A DNA stretch of 61,990 nucleotides, filler included, from Sphacelaria rigidula (Eukaryota): NCBI GenBank assembly GCA_964200075.2. It is 6 parts of 6 records of this genome, joined end to end, with 100 filler letters (N's around TTAATTAATTAA, not from the genome) between each part and the next. Parts side by side here need not be neighbours in the genome. Positions count along the whole stretch, not along the records: positions 41,398 to 51,644 come from CAXNAA020006861.1; positions 51,745 to 61,990 come from CAXNAA020006862.1; 4 more parts are not named here. One strand, written 5' to 3'. Position 1 is the first letter of the stretch; each line of letters starts with the position of its first letter. The position numbers and the translations under genes are program-made. The notes beneath the pieces were generated by a model. It was not told the DNA's origin. It searched no databases and saw only the letters and a program-made list of their open reading frames with translations. Below are positions 50,242-61,990 of the stretch, piece after piece.

Positions 50242-51644
50242 GATCGAGCAAGATTAGGGTTCTGCAGAGGGCATGAGGTGACGCAAGTGCACAGACGGGG
50301 GGGGGGAGGTCTCGCTTTTTTTTCATTCACAGCATATTGCTTTTGGGAGGGTTCGGGACGAGGGAGGTGTATGAGAAGGACGAGTATTCATACGTCGAAG
50401 TATGGGTTTTCGATGGTTGGTTCGTTTTGGTGCCCTGTATTTGGTTCGAGCTCAAGCATTTCACGCTGTCTGGCTACCACTGATGCCTCTGTTTTTTCAC
50501 GCGGTTGGTATTTTTGTGTGCCGTACTTGGGTTGGAAGCTTGCGAGAATCGGTTGAATATCATCGTGATTCGTGCCATAATCAACTTTTGTGCATATCAA
50601 TCATACGATTGGTACCGGAAATTGTGTGTCGTACATGTTACGAATTCGTGATATGTGCGACACTACATGGAGCATACATATTCCCGCGTGCTATTTATGC
50701 GGCACACCGTCGAAGTCATATTCTTGACACCCGTGATTCATATGTTTGTTTTGCCCTCACACTTTGAACCCCTCCCCTTCCTCGTGATGAGTCCGTGGTC
50801 CAAGGGATCGACCCATCTCTCCCCCGGCCCGTGCCTTTCATTTTGGTTTCGCGGATTGAGTCAGCACTCCCACACCGCGNNNNNNNNTACTTTGTTTACT
50901 CACGTTCTCACGCTTTCCACGATGGAAATCATACATGAGGAAGAAAACACCCAACGTGTCGGGAATCGGACCCCCGTTCTCTCCACCCTAGTGGAGGCAG
51001 TCGGACCATTACACCCCCGGGGCGCGGCGGCTGGTATGCATCGTGGGTATATCTTTTCCACCCTGTGGTTCCTGCATGAATCATATGTAAATCTTTCCCA
51101 CCGTTCATTCATAGCGGCATGAATCGTAGGTGCATGCTTTCCAACTTCGATTCTTGTGGCGGGAATCCTAGATACATTTCCCACCCCTCATTCATCCGGC
51201 ATCAATCATACGTACCATACGTCGCACCTGTCATTCGTGTTGTGTGGATCAAGCGTACAAAGTTCCGACACTTGAGTCGCACGGCATAAATCACACGTAC
51301 ATATTTCCCAGCTGTCGTTCATACGCATGAATCAAACCGATACTATTCCCCACCCATTCCCCGTGAGTGTTTCCATTTTGTTTTACTCGGGTAAAACAAT
51401 GTTTTCGTGAAATCGAGAGTAGAAGATCCAAATGAGAGCGAGAATGTTTGTCCGAATCGCGCTAACGGGGGCCTTTTTAATTGTTCCACGACACTTTGGG
51501 TTGTAGTATAGCAAGAGGCTATTTGACCCTTGGAGCAGACGTACTCAAAGTTTGAGTAGCGGTTTTGTTGCTCCATTCCCCGTCCTCCAGCGAAGGCCAT
51601 GACCGGTCTTGTCGGTACGGCGTGGGGAGGGTATTTTCGGCGGG

Positions 51645-51744
51645 NNNNNNNNNNNNNNNNNNNNNNNNNNNNNNNNNNNNNNNNNNNNTTAATTAATTAA
51701 NNNNNNNNNNNNNNNNNNNNNNNNNNNNNNNNNNNNNNNNNNNN
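51645..51744. other. Artificial contig linker
   Basis: Same spacer. Confidence 0.98.
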
Positions 51745-53850
51745 TTTGCACTGCTTGCAAGTAGGGTGTCTTGAACGCGTGTGTGCGTGCTTCGCGCAGG
51801 AGAAGATGAAGGGGAAGCAAACAATATGCAGTGCAGACAGCTGGTGCTCTTAGCTGGTGCTCTTTCATAGTCTGTGTCGTGATGAGTACTCTATCGCAGG
51901 TGCTCGTTTACAATCCGTATGGTGAGCACATATAGCTGGGTTTTTTTACGACCCATGTGATGTTCTAATTTTTGAGAGAGGCAAGCAGAACACGCCGACC
52001 GACTTAGTGGGAGGTGATGGCGCAAGCCACAAGATCGACAGACAGCCCGAGACTATCAGTTCTCTCTGCTAACAATGCGACTTGAAAATAACATCAACAA
52101 CGTGCAGCTTAGTACTGCCTGCATTGTCCATGATGAGCGTGCACGCAACCCGGTTGCCCACCGTACCGCACGCAGCTCCATCCCTGATGACTACCGTGAG
52201 AGAAGATGCGCAAGTTTTCGCCAACAAAAAGTAAACAAAGCACTACCCAACTAATTTCGTGTATTTATCCCTGTGCTCAACTCGTGCTCTATGCTGCAGG
52301 GTTACGGTGGTAGCTGAGAATGAGTTGGATGGAGTGTGCATGGTCCTATGAACGAGTGTTATTTGGCGTGGTGGTCTGTGAGACAGGAGTCAAGTGCCGC
52401 TTCGTGCATTCCGACTGCATGTTTTCGATCGAAAAAAATGTTTCTTCATTCGTTGCATTCTTGTCCGCGCGTTGCTAATTATAATTTTAAGTTGAAGCCT
52501 ACGAGGAACATAAATGCGGTGGATCTATCAGATGGGCAAAAAGACTTCGATCGAAAAAAAGTGATAAGACACGCCCTGATGAAGACCATTTCTTCACGAG
52601 AACGCCCTAACCTCCATGAAAAAGTAGGCCCATTTTTTTTTATTCGGCACTCTTTGGTCGTTCTCCACCCCAAAATTCGTCGCCATCCGCTAAATGCATC
52701 TATCGGGAGTTTCATAGAGATTTTAGTATTGGCGCTATTTCCCTTGGGTATAGGAATTACTAGACATGGGGTTTGATCAACAAAATAATATGGGCCCAAA
52801 TTTTTGAGCAGATGGGAACCTCCATTGATGAGACGATTAATACGATATGCGGATCACGGCCCAACTTGTCTGTGTCGATGAGATATTGCGTTTAGAGCTT
52901 AAATCCGTTTTTAGGCTGGCCCAGCTCGTGATTATTTGATTTCATTTGTTTTTTTCCTGCTTTTTTTTTTAGGTTGGCCAGCTTCTTCTGTACTTTGCTT
53001 TTGTTGATAATTTATTTATTTGTTTTTCACGTCTTTATCTACTTTGTCGGTCTGTTCCACTTTTTTCTGCCCCTTCGTTTTCTCGAACGAGTGTTTTATT
53101 TTTCCTTTTCATGGGTATGTCTATCATGCATCCACGGCTGGACCCATGGGTGGTCAGTTAAAGTGTGACAATCAATAAAAAAACAATATTCGCGCTGTCT
53201 CCAATACAAAGTATTGGTATCATATTGGAACATATTGTATTGCCCAGAGTATGAGCAATACAGCACTGGTGACCCCAGGGGTACCAAAAGACGCATATCG
53301 GCCCGCGTTTTCTGTCGTCGTGATGTTCACCGCAGATATATTATATGCTCTGTAGGGGATGGGCGGCCCCGTGCCGGTGGCTTAATAGGTATCAACAGGC
53401 GTATATACCGGGTCGCCTCGTCTGCCACCATATTTTCAGTAGATATATATATATATATATAAATGATAGATGGTTTGGTATCAACCTAATAATAATATAA
53501 TAATAGTTGTTGGGGCTTGGGTGGGAGTGGTTGAGGTTGGGTGATTTCTTTTCGATCGGATTATTATTTTTTGGATCGATTGGATTCTTATTGTTTGGGA
53601 AAGGGGAACAAACACAATATGGATCGGAAAATAATTGATTAACTCGGCAATTTTCGCAGTCGGACCAGCAGCCGGCGCAAATATTTCGCGAGAAAAGGAA
53701 TAAGCAGACCAGCGATCCTTCGCAGAAGGGGAACGTACGTAAATTGTTTTTGTCGACCCCGGTGATATCCGTTATCCTCCGCGATCGACCTATGTGTGTA
53801 GTTGGTGAGGATGGCTTTACATTCGAAGGGACCTCAAGGCACAGGGTTAT

Positions 53851-54270
53851 TGATATTTTCATCAACGTCCCGAGTACAGAATACTGCCGTTGTGTCCCCA
53901 TCAGAGGGGGCCTCAAGGCACAGGGTTATAGGTACCTCCAACAAGAGGTCGACGGGGTCATACTTCCGTTTTCCTGAGAGCTGCCAGCCTGCGACGCTGA
54001 GGATGCCAAGAAGGTCGCATCCGGTCTCAATAGCTTCATCCGGACTCGCATCTGATCCCAAGCTTTCAGCTTGAACCGTCCGGATGAAGCTTCTGAGACC
54101 GGATGCGACCGCCTTGACGTCCTCAGCGTCGCAGGCTGGCATCACTCAGGAAGACGGAAGAATGACGCCCTCGACCGCTTGCTGGAGGTACCTATAACCC
54201 TATGCCTTGAGGCCCCCTCTGATGGGAACACAACCACAGTATTCTGTACTCGGGACGTTGATGGAAATCA
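53851..54270. repeat. Long fold-back inverted repeat (~190-bp arms, ~33-nt loop)
   Basis: CATCAACGTCCCGAGTACAGAATACTG...AGCTTCATCCGGAC is mirrored by GTCCGGATGAAGCT...CAGTATTCTGTACTCGGGACGTTGATG. Confidence 0.93.
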
Positions 54271-56885
54271 GTGGGGCCGACATATCGTGCAGCATAGTTG
54301 ATGCTGTGTTGTGGGCGCCAAAAAAGTGATGGCGAAGGGGCTGCATGGTGGCACGACAGTTTGACATGTTGGTACGTCCGCCGATATTGATGAAAGATTG
54401 CGAGGCACCTGTCGGGATATTGAGGTGACATGGCGCCAAAACGACGAGGAAATATGATCACGTTAATACAGATGGTGGTAGCATAGCCGTTGATGAGACA
54501 TGGCGGGAGGGATGGGCATGTCGACAAAGCATGGTGCACAGCCCAGGCATTGCAAGGTTTTTAGGGGAAGCAACAAAGGGTAATTAATGATGATTCCTCG
54601 ATTAACCAAGGGGATGTGGGCAGGATTTGTTTTTTTTTTTCCGGGGAAAATTTCATGACGTTTCGTCGGCGAAATAGCGGGATTTAGGTCATGATTCCTA
54701 ATGTGGTGATCTGCAGTAAGGTGGGCTATGTGAGTACGTGTTTGCAGGGATTTTTTCGGGAAGTTACGATGGGATATTGGCAGCGAATGAGGGCACATGT
54801 AGGATTATTTGTGGAGAGGTAAGGTACGGTGATATATTTTTTGCGAAAAGGGCGAAAAAGAATCGTGGATGGTCGTTGGATTTATTCTTTGAACGACGGG
54901 GAATCGTCGGGATTTCCACGTATAATTCTGTGGTGGAGAGTTATGGTGAGGTACAGTGTCGTAATTTTGTGGAAGTCCAAAGAGCTTTAATCCTCAGACA
55001 GCGAGATTAGTCTTTCTGGATCATGCATACTTTTTTTCATTTGAAACTGATGCCGATTGAACAGAAGACTAACCTAGGGGTCTGAGGGTTGAGGGAAGTT
55101 AGTTAAGTTGAATTTTTCCGGGAGATGTTGATGGGGGTATCTGCGGCGAAGTATGGGCGCATGGACAGTGCGTGCTCCAGAGGTTACGTGCCTTAGGATT
55201 GTTCGTGAAATTCGGCAAGTTGAAGTGTTTCATGTGGGATAGCGTCGTTGTGAGTAATCGTAACGCACCGTAGAAAAATCCACCCGGAATTCGGCACATG
55301 TTTTCATGGTCGTCAAGGTGTTTGATGTGTGATTACCGGGCATTTAAGGGGATACATAGAGGGTACATGCTATTGTGGTGTAAATGTCATTGTACAGCGA
55401 CTCTAGCATGGACGAGTCATGCAAGTGGCCGTGGAAAGGATGAGGTAGCAGTGCACACATGAGGCGGAGATGACTTGGCGTTGGCGAGGAGTGATAACGG
55501 TAGGGAAGAGCGGGCGAGAACCTGGGGAGGCGATACGATATGTGCTCATAATGTGTACCCACTATCTTCGGGCCCCACCTTTGAGAGATGAGTGCATTTT
55601 CGCCGTGACCTCTGAAGGTGCATGGTGTACGGCGCATTACGTGAGAGGGAGCGACGCTTTCACGTACGTCTGAGAAACCCCGGTAGGATTTTTTTGAAGA
55701 CCACTTACATTCGAAAACAGATTTTTCAGGAAGGAGACGACATTAATATATATTTATCAAACGAATTCGACAACTCTTCGTAGCAATGCACGCGAACTTC
55801 TGCGGCTCCCTTCGAAGCTTTTCTTGATCTGAACGGCCTCCGGCATCCACCGCGTCTGGATCTTCAGTGTACTGGTACACCATACTTGAAATATCCGATA
55901 TATACTGACCGGCCAATACATTGGCACCCACGCAGACCCATGCGATGGAAACGCATTCCACCACGCCATAAACCACTCGTTAACATAACCACGCAAACCC
56001 CACACAACTTATCCTCAGCCACTACGGAAACCCCACAGCATACCGAGCACGAGTTCGGGACAGGGATACATACTCTGCAACAGTTCGAAACCGGCGCTAT
56101 CACCCTTTTGGTATTATGTGCTTCATTTTCTGTTGGCGAAAACTGGGGTATCTTCTGTATCCCTACCCTTGCCCTTCAGTTTATCTTCGGCATTTGTTTT
56201 TGTTTTCCGTTGTCGTTTCATGTCTTTTATGTTGGAGTATACTAAGATGGAACTTACATGATGTTTGGTATGTTGTGTAGCGTGTTCCACGAAGGCTGCA
56301 ACTGAAAATGAAAACACGATGACCACGGTTGTATCTTTTAGTTTTGCGCCGCCTTTGGGCGCCAGAACGGTGCATCAAACGCCAGAAGGGTGTACCTTGT
56401 CTCCAAGGCTCACCATCGGAAGACAGGATACCGTTTGGTCCTTCGCTGGTATCGCACAAGACGGCAGGACTTGTGGCCACTGCGTCGCAGCTTTGAGGAA
56501 GATCGAAGCAAATATATATTTTTTATCGTGTTCCGCTGAGTTGCTGCTTTACACGTTCGCCCTGTACCTTGACCTCCGACGACTCGAGCTGGTAGGAGTA
56601 CGTTCCTCAATCAAAGTGCAATCATCCTTCTCCGTGTCAGCTGTGTTCAACCCCGTGCTTATCTTGCGGTAGGTGTAACTTCTCATGTAGGTTCCCATGA
56701 CATGATGCTGTGCATTTTAGCGATACGGTTAACCGCACGTGACAGTCACCTTGTGGTGAGACCTCGGATACTGTCTTAATGTTAGTGTTTATGTTGATGT
56801 TCTGATTGGCTTGACCAATTCACACCACGGTGTGTACCAAAAATAACTACGGGCACCCTCGAATGTCAACGTGTCTGGTTCGCAG

Positions 56886-57077
56886 CACCTGTCTGGCTAT
56901 TGCAGGTGCTGACTATGTCGTGGTGGCAGCGGACACCCGAATGAGCACAGGTTACTCCATCATGTCGCGTGATCAGACGAAGTTACACAAGCTCACGTCA
57001 AAGTGTGTCATCGCCTCTGCGGGCTGCTCAACGGACGTGACGACTCTTTGGAAAGAGTTGGACTTCAGCATGACCAT
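56886..57077 (+). CDS. PSMB1: 20S proteasome subunit beta-6 (beta type-1, non-catalytic), internal exon
   Basis: CGCAG acceptor; [58 protein letters not shown]; donor GTGAGT. Confidence 0.93.
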
Positions 57078-57207
57078 GTGAGTTTAGGAATCGTCATGGC
57101 CGCGAAGGCATCCATTGAGATTGCCTTACTCGTAGTTACCCTTGTCAATCGTGAGTCTCGGATGCACAGTTGCCGTCTTGGCCTGCGTGTCATTTCGCAA
57201 GCTCCCC

Positions 57208-57375
57208 GCGCCTCGGTGATATCATGGTATCACTGACACAATTAGGGCGGAAGATACGCGGGTTCGATTCCCGCCACAGGTGCTTATCGTTTGGCTTCTC
57301 CCGACGAGTATCTGATTTTCGTCGGTGGACATACTACTGATAGACACGTGGGGCGTGAGAAGTGAGGAGCAACAA
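57208..57375 (+). mobile_element. tRNA-derived SINE in the proteasome intron
   Basis: A-box-like GGTGATATCATGG, B-box GGTTCGATTCCC (57261-57272), and a residual acceptor stem GCGCCT/AGGTGC; no proper anticodon arm. Confidence 0.6.
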
Positions 57376-58188
57376 GAGTCTGTTTCACTCAAGTTCTTAG
57401 ACCAAAGTATATGCTATGCGGGAGAGTGCTGATCTTGTCCGCGATACAGAAATTTAGGGCGTTTACTGAAAGAGATTTGGCTTGATCCCTGGAGACAGAC
57501 AGCATGGACTCATCCCGAGGGTGGGGAGGGGTTCGAAGAGACGAGGAACAAGAACATAGGTGACCGTTCAAATGACGATGTTGTACGCGGTGTGATAGCT
57601 AGATGAAACGACCATTGATGGGTGAAGTATTTAAGTCCGTACTGACTAAACTTGGCCGACGGCGGTTTGTGCTCAACCAAGCGTAAGTCTTCAAAAAATA
57701 TTTTTGGGAACGCGTTGTCTACACCAACTATGTTGCCATTTACATAGATGGCAGACTTCGGGTTCGGACGTGGTATATTTACTGTAGTCATATCTAAAAA
57801 CGGTAACGCCCGTTCAGAAATATGAAAGTTTTCGTCCCTAATTGTTCTTTTCAGGTATCCCCGGTGGACCACCACTGATTTTAGCACGATTAAAGAGAAG
57901 GCGTCCAATTTGCCTTGAAAGGATTCTCGTTTTGAATGAACACCGAAGAGTACGAATCTGGGCTGGAACATGGCAGGACCCCCGATGACGGGTCAGCCCC
58001 TAAGTAACTCAATATCAAGTACAGATGATTTTTTTCATGGAATGTGGAGCGGATACAAATATCTTCAGATCCACGATGTGATTTTCGGTGACACGCGAAA
58101 AAATCACAAGATGCCACACATGGATTCGCTACTTGCGTGTGCTGCGTGTACATCGCGAGGAACTCACGTCTCGTTGCCCCCAATACAG

Positions 58189-58606
58189 GTACGACCACAA
58201 CATGGACAAGGAGATGCAGACATCAGCAGTCGCGCAAATGCTGGCGAATACTTTGTACTATAGGCGCTTCTTCCCGTACTATTCTTTCAACGTGCTGTGC
58301 GGTTTGGACGCTGAGGGAAAAGGATCTGTCTTTTCATACGACGCGATCGGGTCGTTTGAGAAGGTTCCATACAGTGCGTCAGGTTCTGGGCAAACGTACA
58401 TTATTCCTTTACTGGACAACCTTGTTGAGTTCAAAACGCGGCAAGATGAGAAACCCACACGCTCTGCAGCTGAAACGGTGGAACTAGTGAAGGAGGTGTT
58501 CGTCACGGCGGGCGAGAGGGATATCTACACTGGCGATGCCGTCGAGATTACCATAATCTCGAAAGACGGGATGTCAACAGAAATGTTTCCTATTAAGAAG
58601 GACTGA
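58189..58606 (+). CDS. PSMB1: 20S proteasome subunit beta-6, terminal exon
   Basis: TACAG acceptor; [45 protein letters not shown], and the C-terminal PIKKD*. Confidence 0.96.
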
Positions 58607-59021
58607 GAAAAGCTCATAAATGTTATTGTTGACTTTTCGTTTACGCTTGGAGAGTAGATGTCACCCGTTGACACGTGCGCAGGTGGCGGTTGACGAAAAA
58701 ATATATCTATAGTCGTGATGGTGTTGTCTCGCGTGCGCTTCACAGCAATGGGCGATGTTGCGGCAGTGGCGACTAGTTTGGCTCGATCCCCAGTACGGAT
58801 TGGTCACTGCAAGGCTTTTAGGCGTCCAACGTTCACCTATTACGTTGGTGAACATGACGTGGAGGGTGTATTGTTGTTGTTGCCTTCACATTTAAAACTG
58901 TTCCGATATCTGCGTAGTACTCCCTACTGGGCGTCTGATGGGGACACCTGCCGTAGTCACGAGCGAACCGCCCAAGAAAGGTATCATGTACTCGAGTAAA
59001 AATAACATGGGACCCAGGAAA

Positions 59022-59627
59022 CTCCACAGGCACCGTAGGCAAGGTAGGTACCCGGTACCGGTATTTGGGACATCTCATACCCTACCGATACCGACCCAAT
59101 CCGATATTTTCAAAACTCGTAGCTACGATACCGACGATACCAGGGTATTTCGAGATTTCAATACTTCCCGTACCCGCCCAATCCGGTATTTTCAAAACTG
59201 ATCCCTACGATACCTACGCATACCACGATATGGGATACCCCGGTAAATACCGGGGGTACACTCGGTACGTTACCTTACCTGCGGTGTCTGTGAAAACTTC
59301 GACTGCCCAACTTACATCCAGATGTGAAACGCTTCGTACTGCCAGATGACAGCTTTGAATTCGGTAGAGAGGGTACGGCAGGTACCCGGTACCGGTATTT
59401 GGGACATCTCATTACCTACCGATACTGACCCAATCCGGTATTTTCGAAACTCATACCTATGATACCGACGATACCAGTATATTTCGATATTTCGATACCT
59501 ACTGTACCCGCCCAATCCGATATTCTCAAAACTCGAACTTATGATACCTACACACCACGGTATGGGATATCCCGGTATATACCGGGGGTACGCTCGGTAC
59601 CGTGCCCTACCTACGGTGCCTGTGGAG
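59022..59627. mobile_element. Tandem pair of ~270-bp MITE copies bounded by 18-bp TIRs
   Basis: CTCCACAGGCACCGTAGG (59022) and CCTACGGTGCCTGTGGAG (59627). The body GGTACCCGGTACCGGTATTTGGGACATCTCAT... occurs twice (~59048 and ~59381) and is rich in ATACC/GGTA motifs. Confidence 0.85.
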
Positions 59628-59944
59628 AACTCCAGACACGATGAACATGAGAGAAATATTGCCAAACTCGTGTGTTCCGTGGGCATACAGGGCGTTTGGT
59701 ATAGGTGAATGAATGCGACAGTGAGCTGACCCTTTCCGTGGTTCCGGACTATCTAAGCCAGTTGAAGACTCCTCGACTTGAAAGACGCACATAACCTTTC
59801 CGTCGGATCGAAAATCTTGCAGGGATTGAGGATAAACTTGTCCCATTTTCACCTGGAAAAAAAGTGAAGCTGATGCCGACTCTCCAAACGGACACCATTT
59901 TCACCCGAAAATTTACATGATCCAGATTGCAACCTTGGCGGTCA

Positions 59945-60390
59945 AAACACGGAATCTTACAAATTGGAGATGGATATTTTATTCGGGATGAAAACCCGGA
60001 GGATTGAAGTCTTCGTATCCACACCAAATCTTCGAAGTATGCTTCGATTTCTTACGCCTGCTGGTAGCTATTGACGACTACTAGATGCTATACAAATTTG
60101 GATTTCGATAACCGAAATGTCAGGGTACTAGGTGAAAAACCAATCTTGACATCCGATCGGACATCGAAAACCCCAAATCCCCCCAAAATGGTTCTTCACC
60201 TAGGACCCCGACATTTCGGTTACCGAAATCAAAATTTGTATGGCGTGTAATAGTGTTCAATAGCTAACAGCAGGGGGAAGAGATGGAAGCATACTTCGCA
60301 GATTTGGTGTGGATATACGAAGATTTTAGTCCCCCTCCGGGTTTTCATCCCCAACAAAAGATCCATCCCCAATTTGTAAATCCCGTGTTT
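59945..60390. repeat. Long imperfect fold-back inverted repeat (~200-bp arms)
   Basis: GGGATGAAAACCCGGAGG...TATCCACACCAAATCT...AACCGAAATGTC is mirrored by GACATTTCGGTT...AGATTTGGTGTGGATA...CCTCCGGGTTTTCATCCC. Confidence 0.9.
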
Positions 60391-61867
60391 CAAAGGGTCA
60401 ACATTCCGGAAATGAGGCCGTGTCTTATCAAATTGTTTTCTACTCGGGAAGGTACGGTGGTTTTCAGTTTGCTCGTGTCTGGTACGTCCACGGCTTTCGT
60501 GTTCTCACCCATCTGAGAAAATAGATGGAGTGGACGAATCAGAAACGAGCGAATTCGATTTGACCGCACGTTTTCGACACAAGAACAATTTGATAGGACA
60601 CAGTCTGAATCACTGCAAATAAATGTGTTCAGAAAGCATCAACATACATACGGTTCTTTGAAATCGTGACACCTGACACTCACAGGGGCACATTCGAGGA
60701 GGAGAATGCGCCGATGGTTGATATCCATATTCCCATTTCTTGAATTTTGAACAAAACCTGTCGTTCCCTATTTATCGTCGCACAGGTGACGACTTCAAAA
60801 TTTCAACGTTCCACAACGTCATTCGTTCTGACAATCGGACACATCAGTGTTTCATCCATGAATGGAGCACATCCAAACCATGTGTTCGAAGTGATATGCG
60901 TGTACGCTGTCCTAATTTTGGTACGAATGGAAGGTGAGAAACACGTATTACAATGTTTTCGTGATATTGAGTGGAGGGGATACGATTGAGAGTCAAAATC
61001 ATTCAATTAGTGAATGAATCGTTTCAGTTCCGAGATGCCCCTTCACGAGGCCCAATATGCTTTCTGTAATAGCTGGCTACTGAGTGAGGCCCTTGATTTC
61101 CCTGAGAAGGATGTCGACGTGTAGCTGTAAGCACACGCAAGTAATGGAGGCAAAGAAAAGCAAACGCGGAATAAACAATGGCTAACTTGGAGCGAACGAT
61201 CAAAGCCATTCTCAATCAGCGCTCTACTCTCAATCTCACGAGAACGCCATACTATGTAGGATTCACGCTCCACGAATGAAAGGTGAGCAGGATTTACGCT
61301 TGATTTGTCTTGTATGGATAAAAGGCGCAAAAAACATGTCCAACACCATATTCGTGAGATTCAGAACGTAGTTTCAGGTTCACAGTGGATGATCTAGCGT
61401 TTCTAACAGGCAACTTTTTTCTTTTTTTTGCTTGAGCACACGTCCTGTACGTGCAGCTACCGTACAGTACCCCATGCGAGGAATTCGGCGGTCTGGTTGG
61501 TGAGATACAGCACAAAGCAGTTTTACGCCTGGGGGGGCATTTCGGAACTGAAACTGTTTCAGGTACTAATCGGTTTTTCCTGAAAAAGGGGATCTTTTGT
61601 TGCAATGGACTGACTACGTCGTTGCGATCTAGTGATGTGTCAAATTGATCGTGTAGTTGACAGCTTCCACTGAAGCCATCGCTTCACCAGCTGGGCGCAT
61701 TACTCCTCGAACTGTGGCGATGTCAAAATCGACGGGAAAGTCAAGAAACTACGTTCTGAATCTCACGAATATAGTATTGCACGTATGATCCATGTCGTAT
61801 GAACGGAAGGTGGGCAACATTTACACATACGTTTTTGATGGTAGCAGCTGTCTGCCTCGCAGCGGCG

Positions 61868-61869
61868 CA

Positions 61870-61916
<47 letters not shown>

Positions 61917-61990
61917 CAAATATATTACTAGGAAAAATGATCCCCCGCTCGATACTGGGATCAAGTGAGCAAAATGATCCTCCGCTCCAT
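61868..61990. repeat. (ATT)n microsatellite plus the end of repeat family D
   Basis: About 15 ATT units followed by GAAAAATGATCCCCCGCTCGATACTGGGATCAAGT, as at 30841-30949. Confidence 0.85.

Noticed and set aside
52126-52191. Possible box C/D snoRNA (ATGATGA ... CTGA with a short terminal stem)
   Set aside because: Only ~60 nt, with no clear C'/D' boxes and no rRNA complement I can recognise; snoScan plus expression data would be needed.
57208-57282. Functional tRNA genes here, at 10940-11019 and at ~7900-7970
   Set aside because: A/B boxes are present but the cloverleaf stems do not close, and the sequence continues into repeat bodies; SINE heads fit better.
59022-59627. CRISPR-like repeat-spacer pattern (CCCAATCCG.TATT repeats)
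   Set aside because: The repeats are degenerate, the intervening sequences are themselves duplicated, the unit is TIR-bounded, there are no cas genes, and the context is eukaryotic.

Overview
This is eukaryotic, intron-rich, repeat-rich DNA, most consistent with a brown alga (Phaeophyceae; inferred from short exons, 1-2 kb GT-AG introns and repeat style, not from a marker gene). It is not one locus. Six unrelated contigs of 10250, 10250, 10249, 10248, 10247 and 10246 bp are joined by artificial 100-nt N44-TTAATTAATTAA-N44 linkers, so nothing can be inferred across them. Contig 1 (1-10250): mostly non-autonomous DNA transposons (piggyBac-like, Tourist-like hairpin), a SINE, and the last two exons of a poly-Q/Gly-rich gene on the minus strand. 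Contig 2 (10351-20600): the first six exons of a mitochondrial NADP-isocitrate dehydrogenase, with a hAT-type MITE in intron 5. Contig 3 (20701-30949): a nest of LTR retrotransposons, including a decayed chromodomain-bearing Ty3/Gypsy element and orphan LTR+PBS units. Contig 4 (31050-41297): repeats, including a clean non-autonomous hAT element, and no clear gene. Contig 5 (41398-51644): a 7-exon, 5'-truncated gene, reconstructed by hand, encoding Thr-rich 66-aa tandem repeats, a coiled coil, a split RRM-like domain and a His-rich tail. This is the best novelty candidate. Contig 6 (51745-61990): a 20S proteasome beta-6 (PSMB1-type) gene, two long fold-back hairpins and a tandem MITE. I found no CRISPR array, rRNA or convincing intact tRNA. 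All calls are by eye; no database searches were run.
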